A stretch of DNA of 63,691 nucleotides, counting the filler, from Folioceros fuciformis (lineage: Eukaryota), in the NCBI GenBank assembly GCA_049999805.1. It is 4 parts of 2 records of this genome, joined end to end, with 100 filler letters (N's around TTAATTAATTAA, not from the genome) between each part and the next. Parts side by side here need not be neighbours in the genome. Positions count along the whole stretch, not along the records: positions 22,354 to 39,312 come from JBNGIO010006317.1; positions 39,413 to 62,006 come from JBNGIO010006317.1; 2 more parts are not named here. One strand, given 5' to 3'. Positions 34,542-46,995 of this stretch are shown here, one piece after another; position 1 is the stretch's first letter; every line of letters begins with the position of its first letter. The position numbers and the translations under genes are program-made. The notes beneath the pieces are model-generated. The model was given only the letters and a program-made list of their open reading frames with translations. It made no database searches and was not told where the DNA came from.

Positions 34542-35860
34542 ATTTTGGCTACCGATACAAAACTTCAACCCATTTCTTGCCCTCCCTCCAGACTACGACA
34601 AGTGCATCAGCTCGAGCCGCACGAAACCATTTAATCTTCACAGGTGGCGTCAAGTGCATTCCTGTGCACCTTTTCCGAGACTGCCACAGTCCCGACGGTA
34701 GCCCCGGCAGCGACCTCCACCACGACATGGCGAGCTCCAGGCTGGACGAGTGTCTGGGTCACAGAAGGCTCCACCTAGGTGCAACTGCAGCATCTCCAAA
34801 TACATGTACATATACATACTGGCAGCGCCCACCCACAGAATCTGGTCTCCAGGGGGAGACCACGTGAGGGAGGGGACGTCCCAACCACATGCATACACAT
34901 GCATACAGTACCTCCAGGACTAGAGCATCGTAGCAACTGCAAATTTCTCATGCCCTTGCCGCAGCCGGTCCAACTCCCTTGGCTTGCCATTCCTCTAGGG
35001 TAGATTGATCTCTCTCTTGCATCCATTGGGGGAGTGGGTATTTGTCGCCCTCCAAAGTGCATTAGCCCAAGGAGGTGTGTAGCACAATGAAAAGTGCGGG
35101 GCAACGGCCTGTTTGACGATAGTCGCATACTGGTCTTTCATCGGTCTTCCATTCGGTCTTTGTTCATTGAAGTCTTTAGTTAGAAAATAAAGGAAACATT
35201 TTATTGAAAAATATTAATACATATATCTACCAAGAAAAGGAATTGATAGTTTGAGGGCCAAAAATAAAAAACACAAAACTTGGTTCATACTAAAAAACTC
35301 CTTAAGATGTCATGATTGAAGATATACTTCAAATGTTGGTAGGTAGATTGTTGTTATTCCATCATGGGAGTAGTATTAGTTTCACATCACATAGTTTTTG
35401 AGAATGATATTCCAAGGGGCTAGTACTTTTGGCTAGGCCTAAATATCGGTTCACCGCGGTACGACCTGGCGAACCGACATGCTATGCCATGAGCATGGCC
35501 TTCCTCTCCCCAGCCCCTCTCTCTCGTATCCATGCCCACCCACGATTGGGCCACCAGGGGTAAGGGGAACTAATTCAAGTCGTTCTGAATACTACGGCGA
35601 TACTCTAGCACGATACAAAGTCAAACTCGTCAGCACGCAAAGCGTTCAGGCATGCGCAGCTGGGACGCACTGAGGCAAGCGTGGAGGAGGATCACCAAGG
35701 CGAGTGGAGAGGACGATCACCAAGACTGAGTTTTTGATTAATTGCAGCATTGGTCAAAACATCTCAAGGGAGATATTACTAGCACCTACATTGCACCTAC
35801 ACCTACACTAGTTTTCTTTGTTTGCTAATAACTTCCAAGTCACTCTCTTCTTCTTTTTCT

Positions 35861-37300
35861 TCAGTGGTGAGAAGAATGGCTTAGTCCTGACGACGTTGTT
35901 GTCTCCCTGTTGGTGGTGAATGCTTGAAGAGGCTGCGGTGCTGCAGGCATTTCCTGCTCATATGCAATCAAACGCTGGACATCCATGAGTGTACGTTTCA
36001 CCAAAAGTGCTGCATCCCCTACGAGTTCCTTATTCTTATGCATCAAATTCACAATAGCATTGCAATCTTGTTCCAAGAAGCGAATCTGATCTTCTGTTCC
36101 GCTTTCATTACATAAAACACCCTCCAAAGCGGGTTGCAAGTTGCACGAAACGCTTTCCATCAACTGTTCTCTATTATCACATAAAGCAAGAGTCGTTACA
36201 GGCTCCTAAATTACCAGACCATTCGTTGCTGTATACTGACATTTCATCCGGACTGTGTATGAGAGCACTCCAAGCATATCCTGCACTTTCACGATGTGTT
36301 TACAAATAAAGCCTTTCCTCCCTTGAGCACACTCACATGTAGCCCACATAGAATCTGCATTCTCAATTGTATATGTCACATGGGCATCTACTGAACTCTT
36401 GCATAAAGCTGTGCTACAAGGTGGAGAAGGCAAAGTAACATTATCATCCTCAATCAGAGTTGCCCCATCTATTGTAGTGTGCACCAGTTTCTCCTCGGCT
36501 GTGTTAACCACATACCATCCTTCTTTGCAATGGTTCACATACTAATAATGGGACGCAATTACAAAGCACAATTGATGTAACAGCTAGTCTACTCGTTTGT
36601 CACCAAGAGATGCCCTCGTAAGACTAAGTTTCTGCTTAAAAAACTGATGTCATGCCTCTATAGTAGAGGCACAGTCTTGCCCTGCATGCGGAAGCATGTG
36701 GGCATTTTTTATGAACATGACTGCAATCAAAACAAGCCTTGTGAAGATGTGTATGTGCACAAGCTTGAAAAGGGAGAATATGAGGCTGGAGATATGGACT
36801 AACCTAGTTGTGCACCCCAGGTTGTTCTGAAATAGCCCACGAACACGGATTGTTGTTTCTCCCACTTGGCATAGAAGGAAAATAGCAACTACTCACCCTC
36901 CCGAATTGTATTTCAAATTGATGTGTTGGAGCCCTTGACATACATCAGTTCACCTAATTCCTGCCATATGGCTTCCTTGTCTACCCTGTTTTGGACTTTT
37001 TTAAATAAGATTACGGAGCCAAGCACGACGCACATGCCAGAGGCAAAGTAGAACAGAAAGATCGTAATTGTAAACCTTTCGAATTGCAACAATCTCAGAT
37101 GCACAATCACCAACCAATATTGCGTAGTGCAACCAAGTTGCATCCTTACTTAACAGAACCTCATGAAAAGAAATCAACCACCTGGCTATGGTGTCACTTG
37201 TACCGTTCTTTGCCAAAACCCACACTACAGGAATACCATTCATGTGAAGGTCGAAATCCATAACTATGAAGAGCTGGTACTTGTACTACAAGTGCAAGTA
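35861..37300 (-). mobile_element. Degenerate Mutator-like (MULE) transposase with SWIM finger
   Basis: YQLFIVMDFD..NGIPVVW, GDCASEI.AIR, LCLWHVRRAW (MULE domain) and TCECAQGRKGFICKH (SWIM); stops and frameshifts. Confidence 0.75.
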
Positions 37301-37719
37301 CCAGCTCTCAAACACAGCTCTCTCCAATTGCTTGTAGTAAACATCAGGTGGCAAGTGCTAGCGGTGTACAAGCACAAGGGTCACCAATTGTTGGTAGTAG
37401 ACCCCTGGTGGCAAGCGCCGATGCTGAACATTTGCAACGGTCTCCAATTGCCGGTACAGGATTGGGTCTTCGAACGATAAGTCTTGGAGCCCGACAACGA
37501 AGATGTGTTCAAGCCCAACCTGAATAAGGGTTGAGTGAAGAAGAACCAAATGCGTTCACAAGGTCACACTACGAGCATCTCAAAAGACAAGCTTCAGAGC
37601 ACAAAGAGACAATTTATGTGCTGCAAAAGTCAAATATACATGCCCTATCACAACTAGAGAAGAAGCCTAATTGTTGGAACCCAGCTATTGTTTTTCACGA
37701 AAAAATAGTTTTGATTAAG

Positions 37720-39312
37720 AGTGGAAGATGCCTCCCACTTATGATACAAAAAGTGGGGGGGACACCCTGCAAACGTATGTACATATGACGAGCACCACAA
37801 GAGAGGGGCGGAAGACTGGCCTTGAGTCCAAAACTCAAGACAAGCAGCTCAAAGAGCACTCCCCTCCAATATGATACCCGCAGACTGCCAAAGCCCCTCG
37901 AAGTCTCCCAAGGCCCCTAAGGGCTCATCTTCCCCATGGGCACAAATGATTCCAACACGTACTTGTCTCAGTCATTAGGAAGCCCGCCAACCTCCACTCT
38001 TTCCTCTTAAACTGTTTCCGACGGGATTGCTCCAAAGCTTCTGCTGCAATCAATAAATGCTCCCATATGCGCCACAACAAAGCTCTCGATGAAGCTGGCT
38101 CCTGTCTGCCATAGACCACCGCGGACCAATTGACCCAAAGATGAAAAAGGCACAAAGACCATAATAAGCACCACCATTGTGTTTTAAAAAGAGGTTTGCC
38201 CGAGGCTGCGTCCAGCCCAAATAAGGCTGATTGCATCGTGATCCTGAGGTTAGCACCAGGAGAAACCAATCCAAGCCACCTGCCTACCTCCCTCCATATC
38301 TCTTGAGTAAAGCTGCAGTGAAAGAACATGTGTTGACTCTTGTTCGGGGCCCCTGCATTGCATAGTCGACACACTTCCTCTCCCGTTGCAACTGAAAGCC
38401 CATCCCAGCGATCCGCATAAGGCAAACACGCTTGAAAGAAGCACCAAACCGTATACCTGACCTTGGGGGGGACTCCTGCGGACTTCTATAGAAGCTTGAC
38501 AGCTTCCCTTTATCATCATCCAAATAACTACAATCGGGGAGCCATTGGTTGTCTTTGCTTGATTTTCTCCGCTCGCACCAGCCAGAGGAACAAATCCGCC
38601 GTTGGGAAGTTGAAGAAAGATCGAGAAATAGCCTTCTTGCACCCTGGATGCTTGGGCCACTTGTAGAGATCTAGTCTGCAGGTCAGAGCCCAATTTTCAC
38701 CCAGACGGGACCAACATAGAACCTTCGCTTTATCAGAGGTTTGCGGCCCAATAGGACGTTCGCCTAGAATGCACCAACGCCCAGCTCGCATCTGCCCTTC
38801 TCAGGCTTCCCCGTCCTCCCTGCCCTAAACTTCCAAAAAACTCGAAAATTTGGGACCGATATACCAAAGGAATACCAAGAACATCATCTGCATGAGAGAA
38901 GTTACCCGGGATAATATATTGTTTAACCTCCAGATAACTGCTCCAAATGGACTTGAAAAGCGAGGAGCAATCTGCAGTATCGAGAAGCGGTTTGTCAGCC
39001 AGAATGTTGTCTATAGATCTCCTTTCCTTGAGGACAGCTTGGGCGCAGTCCAAGTACTGTGTTAGAAGACTCTTCCAAGGATAGTACGCCAAATCTACTG
39101 CCCTAATAACCCATTGAGCATGCAAAACTTTCATCTTGGCAACCGGGTCCACCACCCCGAGACCCCCCAAACCCCGCTCCTAAATAATATGCTGCCAAGC
39201 CACTTTAGAGCATCCAGCCATATTATCCCCCGAACGCTTCCATGAAAAAGAGGTCAGCACCTGTTTAAGCGCTTCACCTCTGTCTTAGAAGGGGCCCACA
39301 AAAACAGATAAT
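37720..39312 (-). mobile_element. 3' part of L1-like non-LTR retrotransposon (post-RT and zf-RVT), frameshifted
   Basis: KVAW....GGLGVVD.....L.AQW, CRLC.....SQHMFFHC..TQEIW and LWSLCLFHLW; cut by the linker at 39313. Confidence 0.8.
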
Positions 39313-39412
39313 NNNNNNNNNNNNNNNNNNNNNNNNNNNNNNNNNNNNNNNNNNNNTTAATTAATTAANNNNNNNNNNNNNNNNNNNNNNNNNNNNNNNN
39401 NNNNNNNNNNNN
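39313..39412. other. Artificial scaffold linker (N-TTAATTAATTAA-N)
   Basis: Same linker as at 22298. Confidence 0.95.
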
Positions 39413-40570
39413 TTTCCATGCAATCTCCCAATCATGGAGTGAAAGTCTCCGCAAGCAAATGCGTCTCGATGACAAAGGATAACACGATTCTAGACTAGCC
39501 AAGAACAACAGCCGGCTGCAAAAGGCTTAGCTTTCCATGCAATCTCCCAATCATGGAGTGAAAGTCTCCGCAAGCAAATGCGTCTCGATGACAAAGGATA
39601 ACATGGTTCTAGACCAGCCAAGAACAATGCGTCCCGATGACAAAGGATAACACGGTTCTAGACCAGCCAAGAACAATGCGTCCCGATGACAAAGGATAAC
39701 ATGATTCTAGACCAGCCAAGAACAAATGGACCAGCCAAGAACAATGCTCCCGATGACAAAGGATAACACGGTTGTAGACCAGCCAAGAACAAATGCAAAG
39801 AACAAATAGACCAGCCAAGAACAATGCGTCCCGATGACAAAGGATAACACGGTCCTAGACCAGCCAAGAACAAATGGACCAGCCAAGAACAAATGGACCA
39901 GCCAAGAACAATGTGTCCCGATGACAAAGGATAACACGGTTCTAGACCAGCCAAGAACAAATGGACCAGCCAAGAACAATGCGTCCCGATGACAAAGGAT
40001 AACACGGTTCTAGACCAGCCAAGAACAAATGCAAAGAACAAATGGACCAGCCAAGAACAATGTGTCCCGATGACAAAGGATAACACGGTTCTAGACCAAC
40101 CAAGAACAAATGCAAAGAACAAATGGACCAGCCAAGAACAATGCATCCCGATGACAAAGGATAACACGGTTCTAGACCAGCCAAGAACAAATGCAAAGAA
40201 CAAATGGACCAGCCAAGAACAATGCGTCCCGATGACAAAGGATAACACGGTTCTAGACCAGCCAAGAACAAATGCAAATCTCCCAATCTCCCAGTCTCCG
40301 TAAGCAAATGCTCAAGACCAGCCAAGAACAAATGCAAAGAACAAATGGACCAGCCAAGAACAATGCGTCTCGATGACAAAGGATAACACGGTTCTAGACC
40401 AGCCAAGAACAAATGCAAAGAACAAAATCTCCCAGTCTCCGCAAGCAAATGCTCCAGTGGAAATGGACAGCGGCTCCCAGTCTCCGCAAGCAAATGCTCA
40501 AGNNNNNNNNNNCAGTGGAAATGGACAGCGGCTCCAGCGGAAATGGACAGCGGCTCCAGTGGAAATGGAT
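39413..40570. repeat. Complex modular minisatellite
   Basis: Shuffled modules cgtcccgatgacaaaggataacacggttcta, gaccagccaagaacaa(a)tg and caaagaacaaatg, followed by gtggaaatggacagcggctcca units. Confidence 0.92.
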
Positions 40571-40713
40571 AGGGAGGGTTTGGAGTTAGGATTATTAAAA
40601 TAAATTTTTATCCAGTGGTAGGGCTCTGAATCGCAGTTCTTCGCGATTGGCTTAAAGCCGACAAAGAATTAGCCACAAATGTGAAGTAATTACAATCCGC
40701 GGGCTGGGACAGT

Positions 40714-43700
40714 TCAAACGACTGGCCGCATATTTGTCATGCTCCAAAAAACCATGATGATACCAAGGAGGGCTTCCGCTTGTCCGAACGTCCCTCCTCC
40801 CCTTTGCGATGGGTAGGGGATGGCAGTCTCCTTGCCTACCTTCAGCTTAGTGACTTCTACGAGGCAAAGGTTCTGCTCGTCTAACCTCCGGCTTCTCCAG
40901 ATGCCGTCGAGCTCGTCAATGGTACCGATCCCGAGTTCCTTTCCACTATCATCCAGTAAGATAACCTGTTGCCCTTTGACGTAGTGAGGCAACGCCAAGG
41001 GGACGGGGGACAGCTCGTGGACTTCCGGCGCTTGGGCCACTGGCAGAACCGCCAGAGGCTCTTCAATCCCGCTGTATTGCCCCCCTGTGGTTGAGCTTGA
41101 GACTGGTGCTGGCCCTATGCTGCCGCTCCCGCTGTCGTGAAGGGCGCCTGGCATCTCTGTGTCAGCAGTCACGAAAGGTGCCTCGCCGGGCTGAGTAGGT
41201 CTTGTGGTGGGAGACCCTACAGCGCCGCCCCTTGCTAGTCGTGCAAGCCTCTGCTTTCGGTTGTTCAACCTGTAGCCGATGAGCAGCATTAGATGCAAGT
41301 ACGCTGGAAGCAAGTGTTTGAACATAGCGCCCCGATGACAAAGGATGACACGGTTCTAGACTAGCCAAGAACCACAATTCTGGACTCTGCAGCCACAGCT
41401 CACCAGTTCTTCAGTTGATTCTCTGTGATCTCTGGACCCTGCGGTGGACGACAACCAGCACAAAAGGTTTAGGTTTCCTCCTGCTTCCCATCAGCATGGA
41501 GAGGGAGTCTCAAAATCATGGAAGTGCAGAACCTAGCATGCTTAGAACCCCAGGCACTTACATTCTGATTGAGCAACACAGTCCACTGTCGGATCATTGC
41601 TGGTTTCCTTTGCATGTCCGGCTCTGTCGTCAGCTGGCTTTCTAGCATAGCGATCTGCTCGTCATTCATGATATTCCGTTTCCGTTTCGTCTTATCCTTT
41701 GACCGACCTTCCTTTGTTCCTCTTGATCTACTCCCTGTCAATCCGTCACCGGCTTGATTGTACGGGTACTGCTGGTCACTGAAGGCTGGCTCTGCTTTCT
41801 GCCACCCGCTACTGAAAGTCCTGTCTGGTGCTGCCTGTTCATCTTCGTTTTCAGCCTTCCTCTCGTCGTCGTCACTGCTATTGTTCACAACCTTTATTTT
41901 CCGCAGTGTCTTTGAGCTTGGCACCTCAACCGGTCTGCTTCCCTGCACAGTGTACCAGAGACCTGGCTCAACACTAGAAGCACTACTGAACAATCGAGAA
42001 GTGATCACTGGGACCATGTTGTGTCCAGTGTTTAGCAACCGCTTCCTTACCTCTAATTTGGAAGAGTTACCATGTACTGGCTTGTGTTTACCAGCATCAT
42101 CAACACGCATGTTCCTGGCCTCGCTGATAAGCTGGTGTACTGCGTCATCCATGCCAGGAATTTCATCCTGTCTACTGGGTTCACTGTCCTGCTTATGAGG
42201 CCCGGTGTCATCGAGGTCCTCGTGATCAACCTGTTGAGTGTCTTGTGCTTGAGCATCTGAAGCTTGTCCAGGCCCAGGGACATGTCCGTCCTTCAAAGCC
42301 TGTTCATCATTTATAGCTTGCACCCCGTTACTTACTCCGTCCATTCTAGTATCCTGATCTTCATCAACTAAAGCTCGTGCCTCAGTCATTTCCGTATCAG
42401 GCGTCTTCCCCTCCAGTTGACAGAGCTGAGCAGCACCAAGTTGTAAACGCTTCCATCTCTCCAGCTTTTGACGACGATCAAGCAGTGCACCCAACTTTTG
42501 CTCATGCGCTTCTCTTACATAGCTAATCACTGGTGGTTCCTGTTCAGTTTACAACAACAGATCGCCCTGTTCAGTTCAAGGGGCATCAAGGTGTTCAACA
42601 AATGTCGTTCTCCAAGATGCTTGAGAGTATGCTATTAAACACTGCGCATTCTTAGAAAGGAAATCAAGCTCCAGAGGCATTAGGAGTAATACCAGAGCCT
42701 CATCCACATGTGGCGATGGGCATATTGCTGAGTGCAATGCAGCTGAAAACTCGCTGCAGAACATTCACATGTTATGCTCAGAGTGTGTTGAACCCGTTTG
42801 CCAGAGACAATTACTAGAAAAATACCTCACAAGCAGAAGATCCTCATCATTTACATCATCCGATCCCAACGACACCACATAGTGAATGAGCTTATCTGCG
42901 ACAAGTAACGTGTTAGTCCCATTGACTGTCATTCCTGCAAAAACAACGTCTTCACAGTCAAGCATACAAGGAATGAGCAGGTCGACCACCAGGAACTTAC
43001 GAAGGTTTTCACAAATTCGCACAGCGGTCTGTTCAACTGTGAGAAAGAAGAGGGCATCCTCTGGACATAAGGGGCCCAGTACTAAGTGCTCCAACAAAAA
43101 GTGCAGAAACCGATCTTTCTGGTCAGCTGTACAGCAAGAATGTTGAATCAGGGGCAAGCCATGAATATCACACAAAACGGGGCTCATCACCAGAGGCAAT
43201 ACCGTGAACTGCAAAAGCCAGCCCTTACCACTGCACATTTCGGGGTTGAAGCAGAAAAGGTTAGCAAAAAGCTTAACCAACAGTGAGGATCGCTGTTGCG
43301 TATTGTGGTCTGGTACAGCACTTTCCAAATATATTGCACAGCCAGAATTGTAGTCTTGCAAGGGAACCCCGGACTTGACTCCCAAGCCACCTTTCTGAAC
43401 TAGCATGGCAGCGCCAGCAGCATGAAACGTATTGTATCTCAATACCGCATCCCTCTCTGCAACCGCTGCATGAGCACCGTCTGGTCCCCCACACCACCGA
43501 TCCTGAAAATCAAGTGGCGCAGCTGCTAGAACCATAGCCAAGTGTCGAGTCTGATATCAGAGGAGAGCAGCACACAAAATGAGTCAGATGTGAAACTTTC
43601 AGTTTCCATACTACAAACTTAGGGAGCTCCCATTGTAACTTATGCAAGTATCAATGAGGATCCTGCCTTTCAAGTCACCTACAGAAAACATAAAACTGGT

Positions 43701-45729
43701 AACTTCGCCTCCATTGTGACATACAATGCCATCCATAATGAAATTCCGAAAGCTTGAATCATCTGTCAGGATGTCAGCGAGCCGCATTGACGTGATGTAG
43801 ACCAACCCCATTGGCGGTTGCCCCTCCACGTCCACGGTGGGCTTGTCAAGCAGGGCAGCTCTCAGCAGGCCAAGAATCTGATAGGAGAAAACATTGAGCT
43901 GATCAGACATCGACCTTCACGAGCTTCAAGGTCCAGTAGTTTCTTAGAAACACAGTGCAACAAAGACTTTTCGGATTTAACCTTTTGAGCAACGGCCATA
44001 GCAAGCTCCTTGCTTCGTTGACTACTGACCACTTCATCCAGGAAAGAATTCTCACTTTCACAGAACTTCAGCAGCTGGTTCCACAAGAACAAGCACCTCA
44101 GTCATCTACGCCCATTTTCTCTGTCAACCGTTTTCCATAAGTGCACCGAAGCCAGAATCTTCAGTTTTATCAGGCCTCAGGCACTACATACCACGCGCAG
44201 TGACTTGGATTTAAGTCTTGAAATGCATGCGACCAACCGCCTCGAGTGCAGGAAACATCGAGGGAGCTCGAGCGAGAGGACAGAGTAGACAAACCGCAAC
44301 ACTCCACCCTTCTTGCACAGCTCCTGAAAGAAAGACAAACACTGACAAAATGAATTGGTGATATAGGTATGCATCAATGTGAAGCATGATTCTTTGCACA
44401 GCAATGTTTTACCTCATCCCTGAGAAAGCTGTCTTTAAAATTCAGGCACAGGTTGTAGACAGCTTGCAGAGCAGCTTCACAGTGCTGTGCTATGGAATAG
44501 GCATATCTCTCAGCAGCCAGCGTTGTTGCCTTCTTCGCCCATAACAGGCTGCTCAGTGAGGAAAGCTTGGTGTGGAAAAGACTGACGGCCTTTGTGACAA
44601 CATCAAAGGTGACGTTTAAAAAGAATGCTGCCTGCACTTGGACACGAGTCAGATTACAAGCTTGTACACATCAATCACAAGGCCTGCAAAAGATACACCA
44701 CCAACAGCTCAAAGGTTTGATGTACAGAGAAAACTTGCTCCTAACCCACCTGCGGATGCTGTACAATAATTAGGGCGATGTTTGACCAGTCGTGGCTGAT
44801 ATAGACCGGCAGAAGATGTAAAGTACAAGCAGAGAGAGCTGCATGTGTTAGAACTAAACCAATCTTCACTTTGGGTTCCAGAAGTTCGGTTTCCTGCACG
44901 ACCGACCAGTAGATACACATGAACTCTAGTTGTCCCACAGCAGGCATGTGTAAATAGCACCAGGTCTCACAACGAAACAGCACCTTGTCATAAGACGCCA
45001 AGCACGTCAGCAGATAAACAACCAACTCCAGAACTTGCTCTCGGACTTCTACGTCTTCATGTAAAATCTGGGGATGCGGGTGCCGTCAGAGCTCAGACAT
45101 ATAGTTTGCAATGGGATGGAAGCATCATTATGCCCTCGATAATAAGGTCTGAGAAAGCCGTCAATGAAACAACTCTGAACGTGGCAGCAACCTGAGCTCC
45201 TGACCCAATATCAGCTCAAAATAGTTCTACTGACGGGGTCATTCAACCAGCGAGGATTCCTTACAAGGGTTTGAGGACTAAACCTGTCCAAGAACCGCAT
45301 TTCGAAATGCAAGCTCACTCAGAGTAAAGAGTAATCGCACTCCCCGCAGCAAATACCTCATGGCCTTGTCAAACTTCCTGTCTTGCTCAGTGGACAGCAA
45401 GAACACAATAAGGTGCATTGGCAGGCCCCGTGCCACCCTCTCCAGATCAACCTGCCAGCTCCAGGTAGATGTTCAGCAACCCCCAGGCCCACAAATTCCA
45501 CAAAATCTATCAGTCTGCAAAGCAGTAGAACCGGACGGACCCGAAGTGGCGAGCCATCGCCGCACGTGAGCCGTACTTTCAAAGACCGTGACCCGCCTCT
45601 GAGCAGGCTGCCGATCTCCTCCACTCCAAGCTTATGCATTTCCTCTACCGCATTTAAAATTTCCAGAGTCCTCAGATTCACCACCCCAGGATCCATCCCG
45701 TCTTCTTTGAAATTCGTGCCTACCAGCAT
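40714..45729 (-). CDS. NDX: Nodulin homeobox protein (multi-exon)
   Basis: Atypical homeodomain KRKRNIMNDEQIAMLE..L..EPDMQR..|GPEITENQLKNW|LNNRKQRLAR; NDX segments ELCKKGGVL, LCESE.SFLDEV, MRLADILTDDSSFR and LLVKLFANLFCFNP. Confidence 0.9.
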
Positions 45730-46995
45730 GATACGCCCCCTGTGCTACACCCATGAGCTCCCCAGCCCATGGAAACCAATTTTGGGCGGCCCTCTTGATG
45801 CCGACAAGAACGTCAACGCAAGGCGCTCCTTCTCAACGTCGCATACTGCCCACCAATTGTGCTATCATTCCCGCCAAATTCCTACTCTTTCCTGCTCCGA
45901 GCGCAATCTCCTGCTCCACCCCGAGCTGTCACGTACCAGTGCGCTCGTCACTCCTGAACTATACGCATCGCCCCTCTTTCTCAGCTCCGTAGCGACAACC
46001 TTTCATCTCTGCTGCTCCACATGAATTCATCTGCCATGAAGGCTGCTCCTCATGATAGTCTCAAGGACAACAGCCACAACCGGCACAGACCGCATATCCA
46101 GGCGGCATCCACGTTCCAACGTCAAAGAACTCATTCACGTGCCATGAATGAAAATGCCTCAGGGGAGTTCAAAGTCGAGCCGTCGCCTTCGGAAATCGGC
46201 TGCGCTCCGGCTGGGACGAACTGGGGTAAAATATTTCACCCCGGTCCTTACGTGATTACACTGGCGCACAGTCGTAGCATGCGATCTCGCCTACGATCGA
46301 TGAGAACTTGAATCATGAATCGCCCGACACGGAATTCTCATCGACTGATTAGGTCAACACGCCAAATTTTTAACTGCCCATCATGCCGGATGTGGAGTGT
46401 GCAAGTTTCCCTTTGGATAGACATATATACTTACTGCACTGCTGTCTCCGGCTACAAATCGCTCTTGGCTCTACGTCACAGCTTCCTTGGCATCTTGCAG
46501 AGGCCGTACAACCTACAACCTATTCAAGATGATTCTAGCGGGAGTGAGGTGGTGGGGTTGGACACGGTCATGCCTGTTGTCCATGAATGCATGCCTTCAG
46601 TACGTCCGGGTCACATGGAGCTCCGCCTCGGCCGACAAGCTTCGAGTGGGCAAAACCTGTGGAGAAGACAGTCGGAAGCAGTCAACTGGATTCCTCCGAC
46701 CGGAAGAGGAGGATGGAACGGACAAGCCATGTCACCTTAGAAACCACCAAGTCTCAAGCAGCAGCCCGTTCTTCGTCCAGTCCACAGCAAAAATCATCTG
46801 TAGACATGACGTTGCCGGTCAGAGCTGGCCGGCTGAATGTGGTGGAGGTTGGATCCAGCCGAACGTGCATTGCAATATGGGACACCCCGAGACGAGGCAC
46901 GTAAGTGGGATACCTCAAGATAAGACGGGTGGCGGTTGAGTGGCACTCAGCACAGATTGTTGAGTAGAGTTCCTGTTCCTGCTCACATCCCCGGT

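Noticed and set aside
39413-40570. CRISPR-like appearance and repetitive ORFs of the array
   Set aside because: No unique spacers, no cas genes and a eukaryotic context; the ORFs are by-products of a stop-poor repeat.
46021-46990. Several 96-150 aa ORFs between NDX and PPR
   Set aside because: No recognisable domains or splice structure; likely promoter and UTR sequence.
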